Source of the DNA: Pseudomonadota bacterium
GTDB lineage: Bacteria; Pseudomonadota; Alphaproteobacteria; Sphingomonadales; Sphingomonadaceae
Assembly (NCBI GenBank): GCA_039815115.1
Contig: JBCBZY010000001.1
Span: 1-39,920 of the forward strand
Direction of reading: 5' to 3'
DNA length: 39,920 nucleotides
Positions 18,368 to 27,558 of the stretch are shown piece by piece. A model generated the notes under the pieces. The model made no database searches. It saw only the letters and a list, made by a program, of their open reading frames with translations, and had not been told where the DNA came from. The translations under genes were made by a program, and so were the position numbers. The stretch's first letter is position 1. Every line of letters starts with the position of its first letter.

Positions 18368-19501
18368 ATGAAATTGTCAGCCATCGCCGCCCTGTCTTTG
18401 CTGCTTGCGGGATGCGGATCCAGCGATGCCGGAGAGGCCCCGCCACCGAAAACCGCCGAGGAACTGGCCTATATTTCGAATGCCAGCCCGGTTGACAAGG
18501 CCGAGCTGGACCGCGCGATCTCGCCGCTGTTCGAGGATCCGGCGATGGCAGAGACCCGGGCGTTTCTGATCATGCATCGCGGAGAAGTGATCGCTGAACG
18601 CTATGGTGAGGGATATGACGAGGATACGCGGTTTATCAGCTGGTCGATGGCGAAATCCATCACGGCGGCCTTGCTCGGCTTCATGGTCAGCGACGGGCGG
18701 TTGGTTCTGGATGATCCCGCCCCGGTACCTGCCTGGCAGCGACCGGGAGACCCGCGCGGGGAAATCACTCTGCGTCACCTGATTCACATGTCGTCGGGGC
18801 TGGACCATACGGAAAGCGGTCCGGAAGGCGGCAAGACCATTTTCGAGGCCGACACGCAGCGGATGCTGTTTCTCGACGGGGCAGATGATATGGCCGCCTA
18901 TGCCGAGGCGCGCACGATGGAAGCGCAGCCGGGCGAGAAATTTGAATATAGCACGGCGACCAGTGTCATCCTTTCGGACATTATCACCCGCACCTTGACC
19001 GACAGTACCGATCCCAAGGTTCGGCGCGACGCGACCATGCGTTTCATTCGCGGCCGCCTTCTGGAGCCGCTGGGGATGGAGAGCACCTTTGTCGAATTTG
19101 ACGCCCATGGCACAATGGTCGGCGGCAGCATCGTCCAGGCCACTGCCCGGGATTATGCAAAATTCGGCGAATTTCTGCGCCATAACGGGGCGAAAAAAGG
19201 ATCACAGCATCTACCGGTCAGCTGGGTCCGGTTCATGAAGACCTCGTCCCCCAATGATCCCGCTTATGGCGGTCATATCTGGCTGAACAAGAAACGTCCC
19301 GAAGGTCGCAATCAGGTGCTGTTCCCGGACAAGGGCCCGGAGACGATTTTCGGGGCACTGGGTCATTTGGGTCAGCAGATCGTCGTCTCGCCTGATCAGA
19401 AACTGACGGTGGTGCGGCTCGGCAAGACACAGGATGATGTCCTGCGCCCGATGAGCGATCAGATCGGGAATATCATGGCGCTGTTTCCGGTGGAGAGTTA
19501 A
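18368..19501 (+). CDS. Serine hydrolase lipoprotein, beta-lactamase/NylB-like family
   Basis: Lipobox LLLAGC, SxxK in SWSMAKS, LRHLIHMSSGL, FEYST, GHLGQ. Alternative start at 18359. Confidence 0.92.
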   Translation: MKLSAIAALSLLLAGCGSSDAGEAPPPKTAEELAYISNASPVDKAELDRAISPLFEDPAMAETRAFLIMHRGEVIAERYGEGYDEDTRFISWSMAKSITAALLGFMVSDGRLVLDDPAPVPAWQRPGDPRGEITLRHLIHMSSGLDHTESGPEGGKTIFEADTQRMLFLDGADDMAAYAEARTMEAQPGEKFEYSTATSVILSDIITRTLTDSTDPKVRRDATMRFIRGRLLEPLGMESTFVEFDAHGTMVGGSIVQATARDYAKFGEFLRHNGAKKGSQHLPVSWVRFMKTSSPNDPAYGGHIWLNKKRPEGRNQVLFPDKGPETIFGALGHLGQQIVVSPDQKLTVVRLGKTQDDVLRPMSDQIGNIMALFPVES

Positions 19502-20301
19502 AGCCGGAACAGGCCCTCGATAACCGTCACGCATTTCCCGCCCAGCCAGGCCTTGTCACCATCGAGACGGCAATCGACATATCCGCCACGCTGACTGGCC
19601 TGAAATGCGGTGAAGCTCTCCCGACTCAGCTGTTTGGCCCAGAATGGCGTCAGTACGGCATGGGCAGACCCGGTGACGCTGTCTTCATCAACGCCTGCGC
19701 CGGGAACGAACACGCGGCTCATTACATCAGTATCCTTGCCGGGAGCGGTGCAGATATATTGTTCGTTGCCGCGCAGCGCCAGTTCCTTCAGGTCCGGCTT
19801 GAGCGCCAGCACCTCGTCGGCCGTGGCATAGCGCAACACATTGTAGCGCCCTTCGTGGAACTGGGTTTCTACCGGACTACCCCCGATCAGCGATACAATT
19901 TCCGGCATGTCCTTCGGCGCTGGCGCATAGGCCGGAAGTTCCAGTGCGTAACCCCCGTCGTCGCGGGTCATCGTCAAAATGCCGGCCTGACGGGTCCGGA
20001 ACGTCACCCGGTCGCGGTCGGGATCCTGCGACAAAATGATATGCCCGCTGGCCAGCGTGGCGTGGCCGCACAAGGCAATCTCCACCGTCGGAGTGAACCA
20101 GCGCAATTCATAGTCCGCCTGGCCGGTTTCGTCGGGCAGGTAAAAGGCCGTCTCGGCGAAATTATTCTCTTCCCCAATCGCCTGCAGGACATCATCGTCC
20201 AGCCAGCTTTCCAGCGGCATGACCGCCGCTTGATTGCCGGAAAAGGGCCGCTCGGCAAAAGCATCCACATGAAAATAGGGGAGCGTGCGATTCTCGGTCA
20301 T
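19498..20301 (-). CDS. PhzF family epimerase/isomerase
   Basis: VDAFAERPFSGNQAAV, ETAF, LRWFTPTVEIALCGHATLA, EDSVTGSAH; ATGA overlap with pdxH. Confidence 0.95.
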   Translation of the reverse strand: MTENRTLPYFHVDAFAERPFSGNQAAVMPLESWLDDDVLQAIGEENNFAETAFYLPDETGQADYELRWFTPTVEIALCGHATLASGHIILSQDPDRDRVTFRTRQAGILTMTRDDGGYALELPAYAPAPKDMPEIVSLIGGSPVETQFHEGRYNVLRYATADEVLALKPDLKELALRGNEQYICTAPGKDTDVMSRVFVPGAGVDEDSVTGSAHAVLTPFWAKQLSRESFTAFQASQRGGYVDCRLDGDKAWLGGKCVTVIEGLFRL

Positions 20302-20873
20302 GGGTAAAGCAATCCTTCTGTCCACTGGCCGTTTTCGCGAACCAGTACGCGCCTTTCGTGAAGGCGATGCTCGCGATCCTGCCAGAATTCGAACCGGTGC
20401 GGTTCCAGCCGGTAACCTGACCAGTGTGGCGGGCGCGGGACATCCCCGCCAGCAAATTTTGCTTTCATCGCATCAAATCTCGCTTCGAAGGTTTCGCGGC
20501 GATCGAGCGGCCGGGACTGGTCAGAAGCCCAGGCGCCCAGCTGCGAATCCCGGCTTCGAGTTGCGAAATAGGCATCGGCGACATCCGGTGCCACCGTCGA
20601 CAAGGAGCCTTCGATGCGGATTTGCCGTCGCCGGCTTTTCCAGTGGAACAGGATTGCCGCTTTCGGGTTTTGCGCGATGTCGTCGGCTTTGCGGCTTTGC
20701 TGGTTGGTGTAGAAAACAAATCCATCCGGACCATGGCCTTTGAGCAATACCATGCGCGCCGCCGGCTGCCCGCTCGCATCGGCTGTAGCGATCGTCATCG
20801 CATTGCTGTCATTGAGTTCGGTTTCCCGCGCTTCCGCGAACCATGTGTCGAACAGGGCAAAAGGATCAGTCAT
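20298..20873 (-). CDS. pdxH: Pyridoxamine 5'-phosphate oxidase
   Basis: RMVLLK, FYTN, SRK, RQIRIEG, GAWASDQS, PPHWSGY, EFWQ...RLHER. Confidence 0.96.
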   Translation of the reverse strand: MTDPFALFDTWFAEARETELNDSNAMTIATADASGQPAARMVLLKGHGPDGFVFYTNQQSRKADDIAQNPKAAILFHWKSRRRQIRIEGSLSTVAPDVADAYFATRSRDSQLGAWASDQSRPLDRRETFEARFDAMKAKFAGGDVPRPPHWSGYRLEPHRFEFWQDREHRLHERRVLVRENGQWTEGLLYP

Positions 20874-21002
20874 GAACTGCGATCTATCAGGGACCTTCCG
20901 GGCAGGAAAGCGGTTTCGGCAAGCGGTGAGCAGAAGCCTAAAAAAGCAGCAACTTTTGCCGTCTTGAGTTCCTGATAAGCCCAATTTTTGAGTATTTTAC
21001 CG

Positions 21003-22280
21003 ATGCGTCACAGAGTCAGAACGACAGATCTGGAATTGGGCATGTTTCTGCATTCTCTGGAGGGGCCATGGCTGGAACACCCCTTCTGGCGCTCCCGCTT
21101 TCTGCTGACCAGTTCCGATCAGCTGCAGAAGCTTCGCGCGAGCGGCATCGACTGGGCCATGATTGACGATCGCAAGGGCAAGGGGCTTCCCGAAATCGTG
21201 CCTGAGGCGATCCCTGAAAAAACGGAATCGGCGCACGTAAAGAAGTCCGGGAGGCGGCGCGAGACACCACAACCCGTGCCGCGACGCAGCAACATCATGC
21301 CACCGCCCCAGCCGGAAATTCGCCGATTGTCTGGCCGTGAGCGGGCGAGCGCGGTCCGCAAGGCATCAACGGTGATCAAACATTCCCGCACGGCGGTCAT
21401 GAGCCTGTTTGACGACGCGCGGCTGGGGAATTCGGTCAAGTCTGAGAAAATGGCGCCGTTAGTCGACAAGATTGCGGATTCGGTTGATATTGACCCGACG
21501 ATCATCCTCAACATGGCGCGGCTCAAGACCAAGGACGAATATACCTATTTGCACTCGGTGGCGGTGTCCGCGCTGATGATCAATCTCGGGCGCAAGCTCA
21601 ATGTGCCGGAAGACCAGATACATGACATCGGCATGGCCGGGCTGCTGCACGATGTGGGCAAAACCGCAATTCCTGATGATATTCTCATGAAACCCGGAAA
21701 ACTGGACGAAGCGGAGTGGACCACGGTGCGCAACCATCCCGAGCGCGGTCACCAGATCCTGTCGGCTTCCGAAGGCGTGTGCGATATCGCGCTGGAAGTC
21801 TGCCTCCGTCATCACGAGAAAATGGATGGGACCGGGTATCCCGGGCGACTGTCGGCGGATAATCTCAGCCTCTTCACCCGCATGTCCGCCATTTGTGATG
21901 TCTATGATGCCCTGACGTCTCAGCGCGCCTATAATAAACCGCTGTCCGCTTCCCGGGCTCTGGCGAAGATGCAGAGCTGGTCGGGACATTTTGACCAGCT
22001 TGTCCTGCGTGATTTTGCCGACAGTCTCGGCATTTTGCCGGCGGGAACGCTGGTCCGGATGGATGAGGACGAACTGGCAGTGGTGATCGGGGAGTCGCCC
22101 AAAGACTATGCCGCCCCCATCGTGCGTTGCTTCCATTCCCTCGACACCGGCAAGGCAATCAAACCCAAGGTCATTGATACTGGCCGCAAACGGGCGCGGT
22201 CGGTACTGGCAGTCGAGGATCCGGAGGATTTCGGATTTGCCGACTGGTCAGCCATGTCGAAAGATATGCTGGCGATCTAG
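21003..22280 (+). CDS. HD-GYP cyclic-di-GMP phosphodiesterase with N-terminal DUF3391-like domain
   Basis: LELGMFL...WLEHPFW, YTYLHSV, GLLHDVGK, HHEKMDGTGYP, DVYDALTS. Confidence 0.93.
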   Translation: MRHRVRTTDLELGMFLHSLEGPWLEHPFWRSRFLLTSSDQLQKLRASGIDWAMIDDRKGKGLPEIVPEAIPEKTESAHVKKSGRRRETPQPVPRRSNIMPPPQPEIRRLSGRERASAVRKASTVIKHSRTAVMSLFDDARLGNSVKSEKMAPLVDKIADSVDIDPTIILNMARLKTKDEYTYLHSVAVSALMINLGRKLNVPEDQIHDIGMAGLLHDVGKTAIPDDILMKPGKLDEAEWTTVRNHPERGHQILSASEGVCDIALEVCLRHHEKMDGTGYPGRLSADNLSLFTRMSAICDVYDALTSQRAYNKPLSASRALAKMQSWSGHFDQLVLRDFADSLGILPAGTLVRMDEDELAVVIGESPKDYAAPIVRCFHSLDTGKAIKPKVIDTGRKRARSVLAVEDPEDFGFADWSAMSKDMLAI

Positions 22281-22368
22281 TGACCTGGGCATGTTGCCGG
22301 AAACAGACCGTGGCGGCTCACATTGTTTCCTGCTAGTCCTCCGCGACACAATAGTTGGGGGAAGAGAA

Positions 22369-22827
22369 ATGAACTGGGACCTGATATTTTCGCTGACCAA
22401 TAGCTGGGCGCTGTTGATGTGGCTGATTCTGGCCTTTGCACCAAGGCGCGAAATTGTCATGAAAGGCATATTTTATGGCGGTGTCGGGTTGCTGTCGCTG
22501 ACCTACGCCGTGATCATCATTCCGCTGATGACCGGGATGATTGATGGTGGCAGTGGCGGCACGCCGGATTTCAGCACCTTGCAAGGCGTACAGCAGCTCT
22601 TGTCGAGTGACGGCGGGGCGACGATCGGCTGGATTCACTATCTGGCATTCGACCTGTTTGTCGGAATCTGGGTGGCCCGCAATGCGGATCAGTACGGCTT
22701 TTCACGGATCGTGCAGATCCCGCTGTTGTTCTTCACACTGATGCTCGGCCCCTTTGGACTGACACTTTATTTGCTGCTCCGTGCCACCCGGCACAATAGA
22801 GTTGCGGATGCCGTAGTACCTCAGTAA
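22369..22827 (+). CDS. ABA4-like (DUF4281) membrane protein
   Basis: GWIHYLAFDLFVG and LMLGPFGL motifs; four hydrophobic segments; purine-rich RBS. Confidence 0.9.
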   Translation: MNWDLIFSLTNSWALLMWLILAFAPRREIVMKGIFYGGVGLLSLTYAVIIIPLMTGMIDGGSGGTPDFSTLQGVQQLLSSDGGATIGWIHYLAFDLFVGIWVARNADQYGFSRIVQIPLLFFTLMLGPFGLTLYLLLRATRHNRVADAVVPQ

Positions 22828-22848
22828 AACACCTGATCGGGGTCAAAT

Positions 22849-22877
22849 GTTGATTCCGGGGGGCACAATTCCAATCT
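22849..22877 (+). promoter_or_regulatory. Putative RpoH (sigma32) promoter
   Basis: GTTGAT-N16-CCAATCT resembles the alphaproteobacterial CTTGAA-N15/16-CCTATAT consensus and lies upstream of a chaperone gene. Confidence 0.5.
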
Positions 22878-22908
22878 TTAGGGATAAGGAGTTGAAAAAG
22901 GGCAGATA

Positions 22909-23829
22909 ATGGCGGATCCATATCAGGCACTGGGCGTTGCCAAAGGCGCGAGCGAGAAAGAGATCAAAAGCGCCTATCGCAAGCTTGCCAAGGAACTGCA
23001 TCCGGATCGCAACAAGGACAATCCGGCTGCGACCCAACGCTTTTCGGACGTGACCAAGGCTTATGACCTGCTGCTCGACAAGGACAAGCGCGCCCAGTTT
23101 GACCGCGGCGAAATAGATGCGGAGGGCAATCCCACTGCACCCTTTGGCTATGGCGGGGGCGCTGGTGGATATGGTGGTGGCGCTGGCAGTCAGCAATTTG
23201 ATTTCGGCAACAGCGGGGCGGATTTCGGCGACATCTTCGAGGGCCTGTTTGGCGGCGGAGGCGGCCGGTCTTCGCCATTTGGATCCCGACCGCGCAGTGC
23301 GCCGCCGCCGAAGGGTGCCAATGTTTCCTACCGGCTGAAGGTCGAATTTGTCGCGGCGGCCACGCTCGACAAGCAGCGCATCACTCTGGAGGATGGCAAG
23401 ACCATTGATCTCAGTCTGCCGAAAGGTGTCGAGGAAGGCACGCAGATGCGGCTGGCCGGGAAGGGTCGTTCCGGGCCTGGCGGCCATGGCGATGCCCTGG
23501 TTACGATCCATATCAATCCGCATCCGTTTTTTGAGCGCGACGGCAATAATGTGAAGCTGGAACTGCCGATCAGCCTGTCCGAGGCCGTGAATGGCGGCAA
23601 GGTCAAGGTGCCGACCGTGGATGGCCCCGTCATGCTGTCGATCCCGGCAGGCGTCAGCTCTGGCAAAACCCTGCGGCTCAAGAACAAGGGATTTCATGGC
23701 AAGACCGGCGGCCGGGGAGACCAGCTTGTCACCCTTATGATTGCGCTGCCAGAAGAAGATGCTGCGCTCAAGGATTTCGTGTCGAGTTGGAAAAACGCAG
23801 ATAATCCGCGTTCCTACATGGGCGTTTAG
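22909..23829 (+). CDS. Class II DnaJ/CbpA-like chaperone
   Basis: J domain with HPD, G/F-rich linker, C-terminal domain, no zinc finger. Confidence 0.94.
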   Translation: MADPYQALGVAKGASEKEIKSAYRKLAKELHPDRNKDNPAATQRFSDVTKAYDLLLDKDKRAQFDRGEIDAEGNPTAPFGYGGGAGGYGGGAGSQQFDFGNSGADFGDIFEGLFGGGGGRSSPFGSRPRSAPPPKGANVSYRLKVEFVAAATLDKQRITLEDGKTIDLSLPKGVEEGTQMRLAGKGRSGPGGHGDALVTIHINPHPFFERDGNNVKLELPISLSEAVNGGKVKVPTVDGPVMLSIPAGVSSGKTLRLKNKGFHGKTGGRGDQLVTLMIALPEEDAALKDFVSSWKNADNPRSYMGV

Positions 23830-23847
23830 GATTGATAGCGGCCGCGC

Positions 23848-24816
23848 ATGAGTGAAGGTTCGCGTCTTTCCCCGGAAGCACGCCGCAACCAGCTGAAGCG
23901 TTCGGATGCAACGGAGCGGGCCGATCCTCCTGGCCGCGCCGCAGAACGTCTGGCGGACGAAAACTGGCCCCGAAAGATGATGACGGTCGCCGAGCGGACG
24001 GCGGTTGGTGTCTATACGGACGGTTTCACTTTTGCCGGGAATTTTGCCTATCTTTCGCTGCTCGCGGTCTTTTCTTTTTTCATTGTTGCAGCGGCGATTG
24101 CCGGGAGCATTGGCCAGACAGCGGCGGGAGAGGATTTCGTCGCCGCCTTTCTCCAGACGGTGCCGCCTTCAGTCGCCAATGCGCTGCGTGATCCGATCGG
24201 GGACGCGATGCATGCCCGAACCGGGCCGCTATTATGGCTCAGCGCGGCTGTGGGTCTCTGGACGACCGCCAGCCTGATCGAGACGATCCGCGAAATATTG
24301 CACCGGGCCTATGGCGTCGAAGCCCAGCGCGCCTTCTGGGAATATCGACTGACGTCGGTTGGCCTGATCATCCTGTCGGTATTTTTTGCGATGCTCGCGC
24401 TGAGTATGCAATTTGCCTTTTCCGCGCTGATCGAGTTTTTCGGCGCCTATATTCCGCTGGAGCAGATCGATTCCACCTGGTTTTCACTATCCAGCGCCTT
24501 GCCATTCCTGATCCTGTTCATCACCCTCTACCTGCTGTTCCGCTTGCTCACGCCCCGGCAATATCGGCACCGTATCTATCCCAAATGGCCCGGCGCGGTG
24601 TTCATCAGCAGCTGGTGGCTGACCATTTCCGGTCTATTGCCGCTGTTCCTCAAATATGCGGCCAATTACCAGCTGACTTACGGCAGTCTGGCCGGGGTGA
24701 TGATCACGTTGATCTTCTTTTACCTGATCGGGCTGGGCATGGTGATCGGATCGGAACTGAACGCAGCGCTGGCGGACAGGCCGGAATATCGCGCACCGTC
24801 TGACGGAGCGGACTGA
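23848..24816 (+). CDS. YihY/BrkB family inner-membrane protein
   Basis: AGNFAYLSLLAVF and YGSLAGVMITLIFFY...GSELNAA; multiple TM segments. Confidence 0.92.
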   Translation: MSEGSRLSPEARRNQLKRSDATERADPPGRAAERLADENWPRKMMTVAERTAVGVYTDGFTFAGNFAYLSLLAVFSFFIVAAAIAGSIGQTAAGEDFVAAFLQTVPPSVANALRDPIGDAMHARTGPLLWLSAAVGLWTTASLIETIREILHRAYGVEAQRAFWEYRLTSVGLIILSVFFAMLALSMQFAFSALIEFFGAYIPLEQIDSTWFSLSSALPFLILFITLYLLFRLLTPRQYRHRIYPKWPGAVFISSWWLTISGLLPLFLKYAANYQLTYGSLAGVMITLIFFYLIGLGMVIGSELNAALADRPEYRAPSDGAD

Positions 24817-24890
24817 ACATATCATTTTCTGGAAAATCAGCTGGCTAGGCGTTATCAGAGCCGCATCTGGATAAAGCAAAGGAATTGGCG

Positions 24891-25694
24891 ATGACAGATC
24901 TGATGAAAGGCAAGCGAGGCCTGATCATGGGGCTCGCAAACAACAAGTCGCTCGCCTGGGGGATTGCAAAACAGCTTGCCGAGGCCGGTGCGGAACTGGC
25001 CTTTTCCTATCAGGGGGATGCCTTGGCAAAACGCGTGCGGCCGCTTGCTGCCGAGCTCGGGTCGGACTTCCTGATTGATTGCGACGTGTCGGACATGGCG
25101 GCGCTCGATACCGCGTTCGAAACCCTGCAATCGCGCTGGGACACACTGGATTTCGTTGTTCATGCGATTGGTTTTTCGGACAAGAGCGAATTGCGCGGCA
25201 AATATGTCGACACCAGCCTCGACAATTTTCTGATGACGATGAACATCTCGGCCTACAGCCTGGTGGCGGTGGCCCAGCGCGCGGCGAAGATGATGCCGGA
25301 TGGCGGCAGCATCGTCACCCTCACCTATTACGGCGCCGAAAAAGTCATACCGCATTATAATGTCATGGGTGTCGCCAAGGCGGCACTGGAAACATCGGTG
25401 CAATATCTCGCCAATGATCTGGGGCCCGACAATATCCGGGTCAATGCCATTTCTGCCGGACCGATCAAGACCTTGGCAGCCAGCGGGATTGGCGATTTCC
25501 GCTATATCCTGAAGTGGAATGAATATAATTCCCCGCTGCGTCGCAATGTGACGATCGAGGATGTGGGTGGTGCCGGGCTCTATTTCTGTTCCAGCCTGTC
25601 GTCTGGCGTGACTGGTGAAACCCACCATGTCGATGGCGGTTATCATGTTGTCGGTATGAAACAGGAAGATGCGCCGGATATCGCCCTGGACTGA
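24891..25694 (+). CDS. fabI: Enoyl-ACP reductase FabI
   Basis: GLANNKSLAWGIA, YNVMGVAKAALE, NAISAGPIKTLA. Confidence 0.97.
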   Translation: MTDLMKGKRGLIMGLANNKSLAWGIAKQLAEAGAELAFSYQGDALAKRVRPLAAELGSDFLIDCDVSDMAALDTAFETLQSRWDTLDFVVHAIGFSDKSELRGKYVDTSLDNFLMTMNISAYSLVAVAQRAAKMMPDGGSIVTLTYYGAEKVIPHYNVMGVAKAALETSVQYLANDLGPDNIRVNAISAGPIKTLAASGIGDFRYILKWNEYNSPLRRNVTIEDVGGAGLYFCSSLSSGVTGETHHVDGGYHVVGMKQEDAPDIALD

Positions 25695-25833
25695 GGATCT
25701 GCGCCCATTTCGGGTGATGAGCAGTTAGCGGCAGGGCAGAATTTCCGGTAAGCGCTTTGGCTTGACGAATCTCCGCGGAAGCCGCAGTCAGAACCTTCGG
25801 AGAATGTGCCCCTTATGGCGCGTTGGGGGATGA

Positions 25834-26922
25834 ATGAGTTTTAACAGCTTTGGTCACATGTTTCGCTTCTCGACATGGGGAGAGAGCCACGGTCCCGCGC
25901 TCGGTGCGGTCGTCGACGGCTGCCCGCCGGGAATCGAACTGAGCGAAGCCGATATCCAGCCGTTTCTGGACGCGCGGCGTCCGGGCCAGTCGAAATATAC
26001 CACCCAGCGCAAGGAGCCGGATCAGGTCCGGATTTTGTCGGGTGTTTTCGAAGGCAAGACCACTGGCACACCAATTTCGCTGATGATCGAGAATGTCGAC
26101 CAGCGTTCGAAGGACTATAGCGAGGTCGCCAAGGCCTATCGCCCCGGTCATGCGGACTATGCCTATGATCGCAAATATGGCTTCCGGGACTATCGCGGCG
26201 GGGGCCGCTCGAGCGCCCGTGAAACCGCCGCCCGTGTCGCTGCCGGTGCGATTGCCCGCAAGGTGATCGCTGGAGTTGAAGTCCACGCCTGGGTGGCCGA
26301 AATTGGCGGAGATGCAATTGATCCGGCCGCATTCGACCGCGAACAGGTGCTGCAAAATCCGTTTTTCTGCCCGGATGCGAATGCCGCCAGACGCTGGGAA
26401 GGTCTGGTCGACGGCGCGCGCAAGGATGGCAGCAGTCTTGGTGCGATCATCGCCTGTCAGGCAAGTGGTGTACCGGCTGGCTGGGGTGCACCCGTCTATG
26501 CCAAGCTCGACAGCGAGATAGCGGCGGCGATGATGACGATCAATGCGACCAAGGGCGTGGAAATCGGAGACGGCTTTGCGGCCGCCCGTCTGCGCGGGGA
26601 AGAAAATGCCGACACGATGCGTCCCGGCGATGACGGTCCCGAATTCGGCGCCAATCATGCCGGCGGAACCGCGGGCGGTATTTCCACTGGCCAGCAAGTA
26701 TTTTGCCGGGTCGCTTTCAAACCGACCAGTTCGATCCTGACTCCCGTCGAGACGGTGACCCGTGAGGGCGAAGCGACCGAGATCGTAACCAAGGGCCGCC
26801 ATGACCCTTGTGTCGGTATTCGCGGCGTACCGGTAGTCGAGGCGATGATGGCGCTGGTGCTGGCGGACCAGAAGCTGATGCACCGGGCCCAATGCGGCAA
26901 TGTCGCAGGAGGTCCCGATTGA
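25834..26922 (+). CDS. aroC: Chorismate synthase
   Basis: GESHG, RPGHAD, RSSARET, FKPTSS, GRHDPCV. Confidence 0.98.
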   Translation: MSFNSFGHMFRFSTWGESHGPALGAVVDGCPPGIELSEADIQPFLDARRPGQSKYTTQRKEPDQVRILSGVFEGKTTGTPISLMIENVDQRSKDYSEVAKAYRPGHADYAYDRKYGFRDYRGGGRSSARETAARVAAGAIARKVIAGVEVHAWVAEIGGDAIDPAAFDREQVLQNPFFCPDANAARRWEGLVDGARKDGSSLGAIIACQASGVPAGWGAPVYAKLDSEIAAAMMTINATKGVEIGDGFAAARLRGEENADTMRPGDDGPEFGANHAGGTAGGISTGQQVFCRVAFKPTSSILTPVETVTREGEATEIVTKGRHDPCVGIRGVPVVEAMMALVLADQKLMHRAQCGNVAGGPD

Positions 26923-27554
26923 TATATCGGTTCGGCCTGATCCTCCCGCTGCTTTTGATCGCGTCCTGTACGCCATCGGAACAGCCATCCGGGGAGCAAG
27001 ATGAAGACCAGAGCAAGAGCGAGGCCAGCAGTGAACCGGAAAGCGACGGCCTTGTCGCCTATCCCGACCGGTTCGGACCGTTCCGGATCGGTAGCACCTA
27101 CCAGAAGTTGTCCGGTGAGCATGACCTGAAACTGGAATATTCCTCCGAAGTGGAGGACTGGAACAATCCCCAGCCGACCGGCAAGGGGTGCGAAGCCTTC
27201 AGTCTGTCCGAAGACTGGCCCTATGCCGGGCTGATGTTCGAGGATGGCATTCTCACCCGCGTCGACTTCTACCGCCCGAACCGGGATGCGGAACTTCGTC
27301 CAAAATCCGCGATTACGGAACAGAATATCGCTTTGGGCAGCACTATTTATGCCGCAAAAAAGGCCTATGGCGATGCGCTGGTCCAGACGCCGCACCCCTA
27401 TCTGGAAGACCAGGGTTCCTATCTGACCGTCGAAGGTGAGCCCGTCGATTCCGGGCGATCATATGGCATTGTGTTCGAAACCGACGAGCATGTGGTGACC
27501 AGTTTCCGCATCGGTGATTCTCGCAGCATCCAGTATATTGAAGGTTGTCTGTAG
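26919..27554 (+). CDS. Hypothetical lipoprotein
   Basis: TTG start overlapping the aroC stop, AGGAGG RBS, signal peptide with lipobox LIASC, acidic linker, globular domain ending IEGCL. Confidence 0.75.
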   Translation: MIYRFGLILPLLLIASCTPSEQPSGEQDEDQSKSEASSEPESDGLVAYPDRFGPFRIGSTYQKLSGEHDLKLEYSSEVEDWNNPQPTGKGCEAFSLSEDWPYAGLMFEDGILTRVDFYRPNRDAELRPKSAITEQNIALGSTIYAAKKAYGDALVQTPHPYLEDQGSYLTVEGEPVDSGRSYGIVFETDEHVVTSFRIGDSRSIQYIEGCL

Positions 27555-27558
27555 CGCG

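Noticed and set aside
18368-19501. Call as an antibiotic-resistance beta-lactamase
   Set aside because: SxxK is present, but the other motifs fit the broad NylB/esterase-like group; there is no evidence for resistance.
19498-20873. phzF + phzG-like pair as a phenazine biosynthesis cluster
   Set aside because: The oxidase looks like ordinary PdxH and no phzA/B/D/E genes are present.
23140-23270. GGC/GGT-rich low-complexity tract
   Set aside because: Encodes the normal G/F-rich linker of the DnaJ protein.
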